Of a stretch of DNA of 64,000 bases, positions 22,802 through 33,207 are shown one piece after another. The stretch spans positions 1-64,000 of the IMG/VR virus record IMGVR_UViG_3300028840_008185; one strand, written 5' to 3'. Each line of letters begins with the position of its first letter. The stretch's first letter is position 1. A program made the position numbers and the translations under genes. The notes under the pieces are model-generated. The model was not told where the DNA came from, searched no databases, and was given only the letters and a program-made list of their open reading frames with translations.

Positions 22802-23725
22802 TTACTTTACAACAATTACTTTAAAAGTTTTCTTATCGGCGGCCAGAGCAGCCTTAAGTCTATGGTACCCGTCTATAAGCCTGTATTTCCAGCCACTTTC
22901 CCTATACACTCCTATTGGAAGCCCGTAGTCCTTGTATTTCTCAACCAGGTTTTTATCAAGCCTAACATAGTGGTCAGCATTGGGGACTTCAATATCATCA
23001 AACGACACACCATCAAAGATGCGACAGTCTTCAGCAGACTTCAGGAAATCCAGCAAATACCCATACTCTTCTTCAAGAACAAACCTAAGAGCGTTTAACG
23101 AAGAGCCGTGTACCATATCAGATACAGGATAGACTAGCTCACCACCCTCATATATCACTTTGTCTATCTCTTCGCCATAGTAGCCACTACAAGTCTGCAC
23201 ATAATAGTTATGTCTATCTCTAAGTCCAGAATGCCTAAAGAATCTATCCAAACAATACTCAAGAATCTCTCTGTCTATTTCCAACTTGAAAGGTTTGATC
23301 GCTCTAAGCACTTCTTTGCTCAAACAAGAAGAAACATAATCAATATCAACAGATTCCACTTCCGCTCTTTCTATTCTGCTGCAACCACAATATTCTCCAT
23401 CACACCCAGGAACACAGCGGTTATCATACTCGCAATCAACTTCCACTATGTAATGGAAATCATAATTTCCTATGGCCCGTTTTATATTGTCTTGCAGTCC
23501 AAAGGAAGCTCTATCATGCAATCTGCGAGACGTGTTTCCGGTTGGATGCGTGGTGTTCTTGTAGATCCTGAACTCACGATTGTCAGCCATCTCAGACTTA
23601 ATGCTCTTGCGAAACGCCTTTAGCTTCTCGCCAGATATGCCTTTATGGACAGTTTTTATCTTCTTGCCGCTCTTTAAGGCATATAGATCTACGTCGTATG
23701 AATACTTTAGCTTTACCTTTGCCAT
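22802..23725 (-). CDS. protein with C-terminal ParB/Srx-like domain
   Basis: PIGV...YRLIDGYHRLKAA; start MAKVK downstream of tRNA-Val. Confidence 0.6.
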   Translation of the reverse strand: MAKVKLKYSYDVDLYALKSGKKIKTVHKGISGEKLKAFRKSIKSEMADNREFRIYKNTTHPTGNTSRRLHDRASFGLQDNIKRAIGNYDFHYIVEVDCEYDNRCVPGCDGEYCGCSRIERAEVESVDIDYVSSCLSKEVLRAIKPFKLEIDREILEYCLDRFFRHSGLRDRHNYYVQTCSGYYGEEIDKVIYEGGELVYPVSDMVHGSSLNALRFVLEEEYGYLLDFLKSAEDCRIFDGVSFDDIEVPNADHYVRLDKNLVEKYKDYGLPIGVYRESGWKYRLIDGYHRLKAALAADKKTFKVIVVK

Positions 23726-23841
23726 TTTCCACTTCCTTTGGATCACACTTAATTGACGACCCGCCCAGCTCCTCTTAACCGGTATGGAGCCAACCCAAGG
23801 GTGCCTGGTACCAAACAGAGCCTCTGTCTGAGCGAGTCTTG

Positions 23842-23913
23842 TGGGCCATGCTGGATTTGAACCAGCGACCACTTCCACGTCAAGGAAGCACTCTTCCACT
23901 GAGTTAATGGCCC
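23842..23913 (-). tRNA. tRNA-Val (GAC)
   Basis: CTTCC-TTGACGT-GGAAG. Confidence 0.9.
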
Positions 23914-24419
23914 CCTTTTCTGTTGGCGAGGCGAACCTCTCTACGCATTTCCGCCTCTTCCCAACGCCTTTCTCTGTTGCTGCCATAATCATGATGGCAT
24001 AGAAAACCTTTTTGCATTGCAGAAACGTTCCTACGCTTGCCCTTATCATCAACGGCCACAAAGGTCAAATATGCTTTGCATGCCTGTTTGGAATCACTAA
24101 GAACGTAGTGCATCGGGACATCGGGTTCATGGTCACTTCCAGTGGCAAGCACATGCGACTGAACCAGCACCGTCACGCCGACCTCCATCGATGTATTCCA
24201 AACCCTATTAACCAAAGCTTTCAGGGTAACCAAGTCTCCAACTTGGATTGGCCTCTTGAACTGAATACTATCAACCGAGGCCGTGACAACCGTTCCTACA
24301 AGCCGCTGGGCTGCGATTGCAGCGACCATATCAATCCAACTCATAATCTTGCCGCCAAAACAAGTGCCCAAGTGATTTGCATCTCCAGGCATGACGATCT
24401 CGGTCATTTGAGCTTGCAT
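23904..24419 (-). CDS. acyl-CoA thioesterase (YciA-like hotdog fold)
   Basis: P.DAN.LG..FGG.IM.WID, VTASVD.I.F..PI.VGD, TSMEVGV. Confidence 0.9.
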   Translation of the reverse strand: MQAQMTEIVMPGDANHLGTCFGGKIMSWIDMVAAIAAQRLVGTVVTASVDSIQFKRPIQVGDLVTLKALVNRVWNTSMEVGVTVLVQSHVLATGSDHEPDVPMHYVLSDSKQACKAYLTFVAVDDKGKRRNVSAMQKGFLCHHDYGSNRERRWEEAEMRREVRLANRKGGH

Positions 24420-24428
24420 GTCTTTCTC

Positions 24429-25016
24429 CTATCCACCACAGCTTAAATGAATACCTCTAGAATAATCACTATCATAGCAATATGGACAATACCACTTGGG
24501 AATACTGTATTTGCTACAATCTTCGCCGCAGCCCCAAGTATAGTAATATGGATTCCACTTCACATGAGAGCAATAACCAGTCTCGTCGGCTTTGCTACAA
24601 TCGTAATAGTTTCCTTTACCCAACCAAGCACCCCAACAGATTTCGTTGCCCTTTCTGCACCAAATATCAATGTTTTGCTTAGCGGCGGCTAATGTATATG
24701 GGCCAAGTATTTCGCCAGACTGCTTATCATAAAATACCAGAGTGGGTGTTCCAGGGTGTTGATTGCCGCAACTGGTACTTACTTCCCATTTAATAGTAGC
24801 TCTTTCTATTTTGGTGAAAGGCCCTTCGTACTTGTCTTTCTCAACGATTTCAGGTCTGAGCGGCTCAACAACTCCAATCGGGCCAACAGGCTTTACAGGC
24901 TCTACAGGGTCTACAGCTTCAGGACCGAATTGCTTAACACCAATATTATCGGAAGAATCTACTTCACCACAGCCAAACATAAACAACGCAACCAGCAACA
25001 GAACAACACTCCTCAT
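24429..25016 (-). CDS. Cys-rich putative lipoprotein
   Basis: hydrophobic leader with MFGC lipobox; Cys-rich C-terminus. Confidence 0.5.
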   Translation of the reverse strand: MRSVVLLLVALFMFGCGEVDSSDNIGVKQFGPEAVDPVEPVKPVGPIGVVEPLRPEIVEKDKYEGPFTKIERATIKWEVSTSCGNQHPGTPTLVFYDKQSGEILGPYTLAAAKQNIDIWCRKGNEICWGAWLGKGNYYDCSKADETGYCSHVKWNPYYYTWGCGEDCSKYSIPKWYCPYCYDSDYSRGIHLSCGG

Positions 25017-25452
25017 TTCTTACTCCTTTCCTTGAGGGCCTTTCGCTTGCTTTCAAACAAATCTTTCATATCTGGATAAACGGACACAATCTCTTCTTCA
25101 AACGGACAATTCGCACAGCACTTTGTCCGGTCATCCCTGAGGTTCCTCAGACAGAGCTTAATATGAGTGGAAAGCTTTTTCTTATTCATATCTATTGCTC
25201 GATGTCGTCATATTCGCTTTCTTTTGTCTTTATGTCGCCGTCAATGCTCAAGCCTGTGTGGCCCAATTTCCCAGTATCTACATCAAAATCTCTACTCTCG
25301 TCAATATTGACATTTTCCATGTCCCAAACTTTCGTTTGCTTCTTGCCGTTTTCAAGTTCATATTCCAAAACTAACTTAATGCTTTTTACTTCCCCACTCG
25401 ACTTCTCATTAAGAACCTTACTTACATAGCACATCTGCCTTCTCCTTTCATG

Positions 25453-25527
25453 CTCCGGAGCCAGGATTCGAACCTGGACATCACATAGGGTCAGAGCCTA
25501 CGGCTCTTCCAATTGAGCTACTCCGGA
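25453..25527 (-). tRNA. tRNA-Gln (CTG)
   Basis: GTAGG-CTCTGAC-CCTAT. Confidence 0.9.
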
Positions 25528-26288
25528 ATACGGTCTTTAAACCTCTCATATAACTCTAGGAAGCGCTTATAATCGCGCTCTTCGTCTTTTATTTCTTGCA
25601 TCCTCATTTCGTCATAATACTCATCCACCCACTTTTGAAAGGGGAGTTCCATCTCCTCTTTGATTTCATACACCTTGACATCAAACCTTCTTGCCTCTTC
25701 TGGCGTAATCTTCATGGGTAAGTTGTGTCTTAGGAAATCGCAAATGTATTGATTTACAATGCATTGTGCTTCCGACAATGCTATTTCACGGTTCTCCCAG
25801 ACCTGAGCGCTTTCTAACTCACCCGCATACACTATAACATACGGCATGTCTTTCTCCTTACTCCTCTTCATCTGGCAAGGGACACCAATCAGGAATCTTA
25901 GGCCATCCTGTTGGATTGGGGTTATTGCTATTGCAAATATTCCAATCATCAACTATTCTCTTGCCCGTCTTTCCACAGTCATAACCAGAATCGTAGCTGA
26001 TATTATAGTCAGGGCTGTAGTTCACATAAATACAATCTTCACAGCTGCAAATCACACGGTCAATCTTGATCCTCTTGGTCATCTTCTTACTCCTCCTCCA
26101 AAGGACACCAATCGGGAACTCCACCCAGGGCCATCTTGCCGCTTTCAAGTTCGCTTATCCTTGCTACAACATTGGCCCAAGGATCCCCAAGATTACAGTT
26201 TGGATGCATACAATCCAAAGTCGCTTGATCTTGTCTCAAATACGGGCAATCCGAACAATTCTCTATATACATCACTATCTTCTTCATT

Positions 26289-27587
26289 TTACGATGCTTT
26301 CATGTTGTGTAGTGGCTTCAAAACATTCAATATTTCCGCCGTTTCTGATAAGTTGCTGATGATTTCGTCGCTGTCTTTGTATGCGCCTGGCGCCTCATCC
26401 AATGTGCTTTCACCTACGGAGGTGGAAAATATGCTACTCATCTCATCTTGAAAATCATCCAGCGACAACTTCTTCTTTGCTTGGCTTCTACTCATCTTAC
26501 GGCCTGCTCCATGTGGAGCCGAATAGTTCCAATCCTCATTTCCCTTGCCCACACAAAGCAAAGAGCCTTCTTTCATATTCAACGGAACAATAAACTCTTC
26601 ATCCTCGTGGGCACTAACAGCTCCCTTCCTTATTATCATGTCGTTAAAGTTAATATAGTTGTGTATAGTCTCTAATGTTTTAGACGCTTTCTTAATCCCA
26701 AGGGCTTTCATAACAGCATGGGCAATTGCTTTCCTATTGGCCGCAGCATATCCTTGAGCTAAAATCATACTAAACAAATATCCATACTTATCATCGCCCT
26801 CAAGCCATTCCAAGCCACTTGCTTTTATCTTAACATCAACGCCCAACCTTTCCTTGGCTTTCCTAATCTCTTTCTGCCATTCTTCATTAGGAAGACTTTG
26901 TTTGATGTTATTAATAGCTTCTTTTAAGTCTTCTGTCCTAAGCTTCTTTAATCTTTTCTCTGCTCTCTTTTGCCAGTAATTACATATCTTTAGTCCAAAG
27001 TTTCTTGACCCCGTATGAATAATGAAATAGCTAAGTCCAGATTTTGATTCACAAAACTCAATGAAGTGGTTGCCGCCGCCCAGGGTTCCTAGGCTGCGCT
27101 CTACATATCCTCTGTCGGCATTGACTTGCTTGCACACCTCGCCAAGAAATCTACTATCCATGGTTGGGACATCGCAATTAAACTTGGCCCCAACCTGTCG
27201 AGCCTTATGTCTTAGGTCTTCCCAGTCAATCCAATCGTCAGTTTTGTATTCTTTTGATTCATGTATATCGAAACCAAAAGGCACGGATTGTCTAACCTTG
27301 TGGTCAAGCAACTCGTGATCTATCTCATCAAAAGCATCACCGACTTCACACACAAGCATTCCACAACCAATATCTACGCCAACCACATTTGGAATTACTT
27401 TGTCTCCCAGAGGCATTGTGAAGCCAATAACAGAGCCCTTACCTGCATGAGTGTCTGGCATAATAGCTACTGGATTTGTGAACGCTGGATGGTTGATCAT
27501 GCGTGTGATTTGTGCTACGCATTGTTCTTCAGCGTTGTCTGTGAAAACCGTAGCATCACTATATTTGCCGTAAATTATGAAGCTCAT
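26289..27587 (-). CDS. rtcB: RtcB family RNA ligase
   Basis: MPDTH.G.G..IG, VGVDIGCG, GTLGGGNHFIE, HTGSR, HNY, RKGA, SAPHGAGR, DEAP.AYK. Confidence 0.96.
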   Translation of the reverse strand: MSFIIYGKYSDATVFTDNAEEQCVAQITRMINHPAFTNPVAIMPDTHAGKGSVIGFTMPLGDKVIPNVVGVDIGCGMLVCEVGDAFDEIDHELLDHKVRQSVPFGFDIHESKEYKTDDWIDWEDLRHKARQVGAKFNCDVPTMDSRFLGEVCKQVNADRGYVERSLGTLGGGNHFIEFCESKSGLSYFIIHTGSRNFGLKICNYWQKRAEKRLKKLRTEDLKEAINNIKQSLPNEEWQKEIRKAKERLGVDVKIKASGLEWLEGDDKYGYLFSMILAQGYAAANRKAIAHAVMKALGIKKASKTLETIHNYINFNDMIIRKGAVSAHEDEEFIVPLNMKEGSLLCVGKGNEDWNYSAPHGAGRKMSRSQAKKKLSLDDFQDEMSSIFSTSVGESTLDEAPGAYKDSDEIISNLSETAEILNVLKPLHNMKAS

Positions 27588-27606
27588 TTATAATCCCTTT
27601 CCTCAA

Positions 27607-27679
27607 TACCCCCGGAGGGCAACGATCCCCCAACCTCCTGGTTAAAAGCCAGTTGCTCTGCCAATTGAGCTACGGAGGC
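27607..27679 (-). tRNA. tRNA-Lys (TTT) copy 1
   Basis: loop CTTTTAA; divergent T loop ATCGTTG. Confidence 0.85.
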
Positions 27680-27686
27680 AAGTAAG

Positions 27687-27761
27687 TGCCCCCGGTAGGA
27701 GTCGAACCCACAACTCACGGGGTAAAAGCCCGGTGTGATTAAACCATTTCACCACGGAGGC
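27687..27761 (-). tRNA. tRNA-Lys (TTT) copy 2
   Basis: CGGG-CTTTTAC-CCCG. Confidence 0.88.
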
Positions 27762-28262
27762 ACATGCGTTTATTGCATTTTTGTTTTCGTTTTCGTTTGT
27801 GTTTTCGCATTTTTGCCTCCTTATAACCCATCTGTGCTAATACCTTTCTTTTCAAGATCACGCTTATAATCTGCCTTTTTCCACACAGAGCACAAATAGA
27901 ACTCCATATCAATATCGCGAACGGGCACAAAACTGGGGTAATGATCCCAAACAGTGCAATTGCCAAAATACCGAATCACCTTTTTGGTTTCCTTAGTGCC
28001 CAAAAAAGTTCTTCTAAGCCACCCAGGATGATGAGTAAACTCAATGGTAATTATCCAGTGAAAGTCATCTTCGCTTAATTTCGCTTCCAACACTTTCCTT
28101 GTTGTGGACATTACTCTTCCTTTCCAAGAATAACGTAGGTGCTGTCCTCATACGCACGAACAGAAATAAGTTCCCAGCCGCAACGTATAAGCTCGTCTAT
28201 CTGGTCTCGTTTATCTATCTCTATTCGTATTTTGCGCATATCCCACCTCTCTTTTTGTGATG

Positions 28263-28334
28263 TGAGACCGCCGGGAATCGAACCCGATTCTGCGGGGTAA
28301 GAGCCCGCTGCTTCGCCAGCAAAGCTTCGGTCCC
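28263..28334 (-). tRNA. tRNA-Lys (CTT)
   Basis: GCGGG-CTCTTAC-CCCGC. Confidence 0.88.
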
Positions 28335-28341
28335 ACTTATG

Positions 28342-28719
28342 CTATTTCTTTTTAAACCAACCCCTAATCTTCTTCCTTAGTCTAACTTTTGGAGGATCGA
28401 CAACAGCCGCAACATTATAACGCGCCCATCGTCCATCACCATCTTTCGTAATAATAATCGTGGCTTTGCTCGCTCTACCTTCAAGAAATGGCTCACATGC
28501 TGCCTTTATTTGTTCATATAGCATTGGGCCACACTCAAATCGTTTTGGCTTATTATCATCGTGGTCAAGAATGTTCATAGCGTATCTTTTTACTTCCCTA
28601 TCTTTCCAGATACGATCAACTACTTCAATAGGACAATCACCATCAAGCAAAACTGTAATTATGTTTGTAGGATTTGCTGGCCTATACCATGCTATAACTT
28701 GCTGTTCAATTTCAGCCAT
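28342..28719 (-). CDS. possible truncated gp32-like ssDNA-binding protein
   Basis: KRYAMNILD...K.FECG..LY.QI...IIITK.G.G..ARY.V resembles the gp32-type OB core. Confidence 0.4.
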   Translation of the reverse strand: MAEIEQQVIAWYRPANPTNIITVLLDGDCPIEVVDRIWKDREVKRYAMNILDHDDNKPKRFECGPMLYEQIKAACEPFLEGRASKATIIITKDGDGRWARYNVAAVVDPPKVRLRKKIRGWFKKK

Positions 28720-28734
28720 TTTCTTCCTTCCATA

Positions 28735-28770
28735 AAAAAACCGCCTGAGTTTTTTTCGACCCAGGCGGCA
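28735..28770 (-). terminator. intrinsic terminator
   Basis: CCGCCTGGG/CTCAGGCGG hairpin followed by T6. Confidence 0.75.
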
Positions 28771-29014
28771 TAAAAAAGGAGGTGCGATGATGGTTATAGC
28801 CCGCCTGGATCCCAAGTCTCCTTCTCATCGGCTTTGCCTGCTGGGGTGCAAAGACTATTTAAAGAGACCATAGAACGCACAAATCCCCAGCGACGAATCG
28901 ATGATTCGCTCAATATATGCTGGGGTTGTGTCGTCAGGCGTCTATAAGTTTCCATTTTCCTAACCTCATTGGGATAATCACACATATGATTTTTTATTGA
29001 TAGATTGTTGTAAG

Positions 29015-29055
29015 AAAAAAGTGGCATGGCCATAGAGATCTTCTATGGCCATGCC
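29015..29055 (-). terminator. intrinsic terminator of the TROVE gene
   Basis: GGCATGGCCATAGA/TCTATGGCCATGCC perfect stem, then a T tract. Confidence 0.85.
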
Positions 29056-29086
29056 TATAATCTGGACGGAGAAGGAGAGGCCCAGA

Positions 29087-30817
29087 TTAATAGTTTTCCC
29101 TGATATATTCCAGGGTTGGAAGCACTCTCTCACCCTTTACTTCCTCAACACCCTCAAACATGAGAATCTGCTGGAAAATCTTCTCAGAGAATCCAGCTAC
29201 AACATTGGAACGAGGGTCGCCAGATGGCGCCTGCTGCGTTCCATAGCCCTTAAGGTCGAAGAAGTGAGCGTAGGCCTGAGGGTTGACCTCCCTGCGATAC
29301 TTCGCAAGGAATTCAGCGACACTTCTGTTTCCGCCCGTGTCGTAGCACTGCATATCGGACAGGACCACGATTCTGTCTACGTGGATCTTCTGTTCGAACA
29401 GGTGCTTGAAGACTTCATAGGCGTTTGTTGCCTGACCTCTATAGTTGGCCTTGTAGTTCGCAATCTCGTTCATGTTGGTCACAACCGAGTTGCGCTTGCT
29501 TAGAACTGGCCAAACAGCCTTGTTTCCAAAAGCGGTGACGTAAGATTCGTCAGAACGCTGATGGACCATGGCGGCAAGGATGTTTGCAGTATCCAGCAAC
29601 GTCACACAAGAGCCCTTGGACAATGGGTATTTCATGCTTCCAGAGTTGTCAGAAGCAATGCAAGTTATTCCCGAAAGCTCTGGGATGTTCTCTACCGAAT
29701 GATCAAGAGCAGTCTCAACCGCCTCAACAAGCAGCTGAACAGATCTCTGATCCCAGGAACTTCTGTTACGGTTGGAAGAAGCACTTCCATATCCGCGAAT
29801 CGAAGAGAACCAAGCATTACCAGGGTTCAGGGTTCTGTATAGAGCCATGAACCTAAATGGAAGCTGCTTAGACTTTCTAACAGCCTTAGCGTCTCCGATT
29901 CTCTCCGCAACCATCCTGATGACAGCCAGAGGCATGCCGGCTTCCAAGAAGTTGGCAACGTTACGAATCAGAGCCATATAAGGCATCAGTGGAACAACTG
30001 CTCCCCATACCTCTGGCTTGCTTCCAAACTGGGACACAAGAACTTCCCAAGTAACTGCGGCTTTCTTGGCCAAAGCTGGAATATCCTCAGTCCATAGATT
30101 ACGGGACGTAAGCTCCTTACGAGCCGCGATTACAGGAGTGGCCTTTGGGTTAAGAACCTCTCCAGTAAAGATATAATGGCGTAGCTCTGGAGACAGAGGG
30201 TACCCTTTTCTCCTCTCGCAGAAGCGTAGGAGATCCTTAAAGGATGGGTGTCCCTTTCTGTTATACTTCAAGATTTCATACTCGGACATCTTGGACATTC
30301 TATCAGCAACTCCCTTCTTCAAGGAAGCTGGGAACGCTTTCCAACCGAATAGGTGCTCATAAGCCGCGACAAGCTGAAGCACGTCATCTGCCCTTCTGGA
30401 GATACGAGGCACGTATCTACGGACGAATGGCTTGGTTCCAGCGGAATTTGCAGCCACGGCAAGCATAACCTGAGGCGTAGTTCTCATGTTCATCTCAACA
30501 CGAGCCCAATGCGCCAGAGCAAGCAGATCCTTTGGATTTGGTCCTCTGGCGATCTCTCTACACGCCTCGATAATCTTGACGGCTTGCTCGTCAAGATCCT
30601 CAACGTTATAGTCACCGTCCCTTAGTTTCTTTGGGTCAAGAGTATCTGGGTGATACTTTGGCTCCACGAACAGGGCGGATCCAATTGTAGCCAGCAAGTA
30701 TTCTGCTGGGCTCTCGAAATCAAACGCAAGTCCGCCTGGCCTGTTGGCCGTAGCAGCCTTGTGCTCCCTTAGTGCGTCTTCAAAAGTTCTCTTGTTCTTC
30801 ATTCCTAGCTTCGTCAT
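29087..30817 (-). CDS. rsr: Ro60/Rsr TROVE-domain RNA-binding protein with C-terminal vWA
   Basis: N..GG.AF, AR...NMRT, RADD, LKKG, TWE..S, MPYMALIRN, SKQLPFRF, vWA MIDAS DNSGSM, LSDMQ, GFSEKIF. Confidence 0.95.
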   Translation of the reverse strand: MTKLGMKNKRTFEDALREHKAATANRPGGLAFDFESPAEYLLATIGSALFVEPKYHPDTLDPKKLRDGDYNVEDLDEQAVKIIEACREIARGPNPKDLLALAHWARVEMNMRTTPQVMLAVAANSAGTKPFVRRYVPRISRRADDVLQLVAAYEHLFGWKAFPASLKKGVADRMSKMSEYEILKYNRKGHPSFKDLLRFCERRKGYPLSPELRHYIFTGEVLNPKATPVIAARKELTSRNLWTEDIPALAKKAAVTWEVLVSQFGSKPEVWGAVVPLMPYMALIRNVANFLEAGMPLAVIRMVAERIGDAKAVRKSKQLPFRFMALYRTLNPGNAWFSSIRGYGSASSNRNRSSWDQRSVQLLVEAVETALDHSVENIPELSGITCIASDNSGSMKYPLSKGSCVTLLDTANILAAMVHQRSDESYVTAFGNKAVWPVLSKRNSVVTNMNEIANYKANYRGQATNAYEVFKHLFEQKIHVDRIVVLSDMQCYDTGGNRSVAEFLAKYRREVNPQAYAHFFDLKGYGTQQAPSGDPRSNVVAGFSEKIFQQILMFEGVEEVKGERVLPTLEYIRENY

Positions 30818-30859
30818 CTTCCACCTCCTTGAAAACCTCCGGAATGTAACCGGGGTATG

Positions 30860-31675
30860 TTATTTGCGGCTCTCGTATGACCGCTCTGCTAGTTCTGGCC
30901 CCCTCTTGTAAGTTTTGGGCTCCAGATCCTCAACAACTTCGTCATCACCGAAGTTGAAATCGTCATCTGTTAGTGTCGGCTTGGGCTTATTCATAGCCTT
31001 AAAAGCCTTTTCGTTTTGCTCGTCCAATATGTCAGCCATAGCATTTGCCTTGGCTCTCATAGTGTCTACAACCTCATAACGAACACCGGGCTCCTGAGCC
31101 ACCTTATATTCACCGGTATATTCAAGCAAATCCCTTAATTCTTTGACAGCCGCCTCATAATTCGCCTTTTTTGTATTCTCACGAAAAGCCACAACTGAAT
31201 TACCAGTCGGTATATGAAATACCTTAACGGCCTCACAGTTTCGCAAAACTTCCACTTTGAGGTCCACAGCTTTAATATCGTCCATTTTGAGTCCGCGTTC
31301 TTTTTTGGGCTTCTCATATACGGGCCTATTGTCCCATTTTGAATCGAGCACACCTTCTTCAACCATTTCTTCAAGATGAGCGGCTGCAAATATATTCCAA
31401 ATTGCTTGTGCTGCGTGATCTTCATCTTTCATCTTCAACTGGAACTGTAGTAAATGCCTTATAGCACTATCAATCGCGCGGCAGATGGGAAATCCCTTTT
31501 CCCAATTTCTATCTCCGTGTTTATCGCCGCCCCTTTGATATACTTTAGCCACTCTGAATAGTATGTTTGTCGGGATTAGGTCAAATCTCCCTTTGTCCGT
31601 TGTAGCACTTCTCTTAGCCCCATCCTCATATTCCATCATTTCACAATCATAATCGGTCGTATATTCTTTCGTCAT
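30860..31675 (-). CDS. dATP/dGTP diphosphohydrolase (DUF5664)-like domain fused to a GGQ-less RF-1-like segment
   Basis: KGRFDLIP, G..K.GDRNWEKG, SAIRHL, EDH.A; then DLKVEV...AVKVFHIPTG..V....T...N...A. Confidence 0.75.
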   Translation of the reverse strand: MTKEYTTDYDCEMMEYEDGAKRSATTDKGRFDLIPTNILFRVAKVYQRGGDKHGDRNWEKGFPICRAIDSAIRHLLQFQLKMKDEDHAAQAIWNIFAAAHLEEMVEEGVLDSKWDNRPVYEKPKKERGLKMDDIKAVDLKVEVLRNCEAVKVFHIPTGNSVVAFRENTKKANYEAAVKELRDLLEYTGEYKVAQEPGVRYEVVDTMRAKANAMADILDEQNEKAFKAMNKPKPTLTDDDFNFGDDEVVEDLEPKTYKRGPELAERSYESRK

Positions 31676-31866
31676 CTTCCCCTCAAAACACTTGTAAGGC
31701 GTGAGTAAAACGGATCAGAAAGCCTGAGCAGTCTTGGCCTTATAAGCCTGACCCGAGTTTGAAAAACTTCTGGAGTTCTAAGCATAACTCTTCTAACATA
31801 AAGTATCCCCACTGCACTTCGCCTGTGAAAGGATATTTTAGATTCTATATCCAAGAAACCTCCAAT

Positions 31867-31902
31867 AAAAAAGGCGCCGATGGACGCATTCCAACGACAC
31901 CT
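31867..31902 (-). terminator. intrinsic terminator after Y-like RNA 1
   Basis: AGGTGTCGTTGGA/TCCATCGGCGCCT hairpin followed by a T tract. Confidence 0.75.
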
Positions 31903-31919
31903 GTATAAAGGTAAAGTTT

Positions 31920-31993
31920 GGAACGCAGGAAAGAGTGTCGAGAGCTGGTCTCCTGTGCAAATGAAGTATCCCTCGGCTGGACCTTGCGGTTCC
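31920..31993 (-). ncRNA. Y-like RNA 1 (short, no tRNA cargo)
   Basis: GCAAGGTCCAG..GGATACTTC..TTTCCTGC scaffold with terminal stem; about 1.1 kb from rsr. Confidence 0.75.
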
Positions 31994-32720
31994 TATTTTA
32001 TATTTTGAAGTATTGTCTGCCCCAAAATGTCTTTAAATATGTTTCCATACCTACTCCACCAGTTCCAATACATCCTAAATATTGAGAATGTGGCATAGAA
32101 AATGTCTGCTTGTGCGGACTTAACACCGAACTTAAATGGGCGTCTATCAACTATCTCAGGCATCCCAATCCCATCCTATCGTCAACTTGGCCAATTGCAT
32201 CTCTAACAGATAGGCTCCTGTGCCAAATGAGCCACCTCGGACAAGTTTCAATGGCCCAAGTTTCCCTCTCAAATCCACATTTGGCTGCCATCTGAGCGCT
32301 ATGTAGGCCATAACTTCGTGGCGAGTAGTATATCTTGAGCCCTTGATGATGGTTATTTCAGGCATATGAAACCTTTTCTCACTTGTTCCTCAAGCCACCA
32401 CTGCCCGGTAGACTTCCAATCGGACCAGAAAAAACGTAGTTGGTCAAAATCGACTCTAGAATAATGCCAGGGCACCGCGTAGGCATTGCAAAAACGCCCA
32501 TGTCGTCTTCGACGGTTTATTGGGACAACCTCAAGCGTAGAAATCATCCCCAAGAATCCCATTTTCAAGATACAATCTTACATAATAAGTTAGACTCACG
32601 CTTAATATCCAATCAATAACTCTGAGTGAATCAAGCCCAATTTTTCTGCCATAATAGCTTTCGGGGAAAAAGTCTAATATTCTTGCCTGCCTTTTCTCTA
32701 TAACCATCTTTCACCTTTCG

Positions 32721-32796
32721 AGCGCCTAGAGGGACTCGAACCCTCACGATCAGATTGGAAGTCTGACATGCTAAAACCGTTAAACATCATAGGCGC
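32721..32796 (-). tRNA. tRNA-Gly (TCC)
   Basis: TCAGA-CTTCCAA-TCTGA. Confidence 0.9.
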
Positions 32797-32850
32797 ATTA
32801 CCTACTAATATTACCACATTACCACATATATCGACATTCAGGAGACCACC

Positions 32851-33207
32851 ATGAAAAAAGACAGAGACGACATGATGCTTGACATGATTATAAGCTTAGG
32901 TGCCGAAATAATGCATCTTTCTCCAGAGCAGCAGGAAGAACTGAAAAAGCTGTATCAAGAAAAAGTGGGGCCACTACCTAAAGCCCCAACCCCTCCAGAA
33001 AAACCCGAAGTCCCCGAAACTCCTAAGGAAATAGAATACGAAGGAGAGGTGGTCCTTCATGACGCCAAAGAAATCGATCTAACAGGTGCCGTAGGCACCG
33101 TTAAAGATGTGTTTATGGCTCCCGGCGGCATAACTATGTGTAAGGTGGAGCTTTCTAATCCTAATATTTGGGTCTCTAAAGAAGCTCTAAAGCCCCATAA
33201 AGATTAA
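32851..33207 (+). CDS. hypothetical protein, one of very few real plus-strand genes
   Basis: AGGAG RBS; fills a gap between minus-strand features; Pro/Glu linker and SH3-like C-terminus. Confidence 0.7.
   Translation: MKKDRDDMMLDMIISLGAEIMHLSPEQQEELKKLYQEKVGPLPKAPTPPEKPEVPETPKEIEYEGEVVLHDAKEIDLTGAVGTVKDVFMAPGGITMCKVELSNPNIWVSKEALKPHKD

Noticed and set aside
31920-31993. Hairpin or hammerhead ribozyme reading of the scaffold (GUC, GAUACUUC)
   Set aside because: No AGAA/AGAAACA loop partners and no CUGANGA-GAAA core; TROVE linkage favours a Y RNA.
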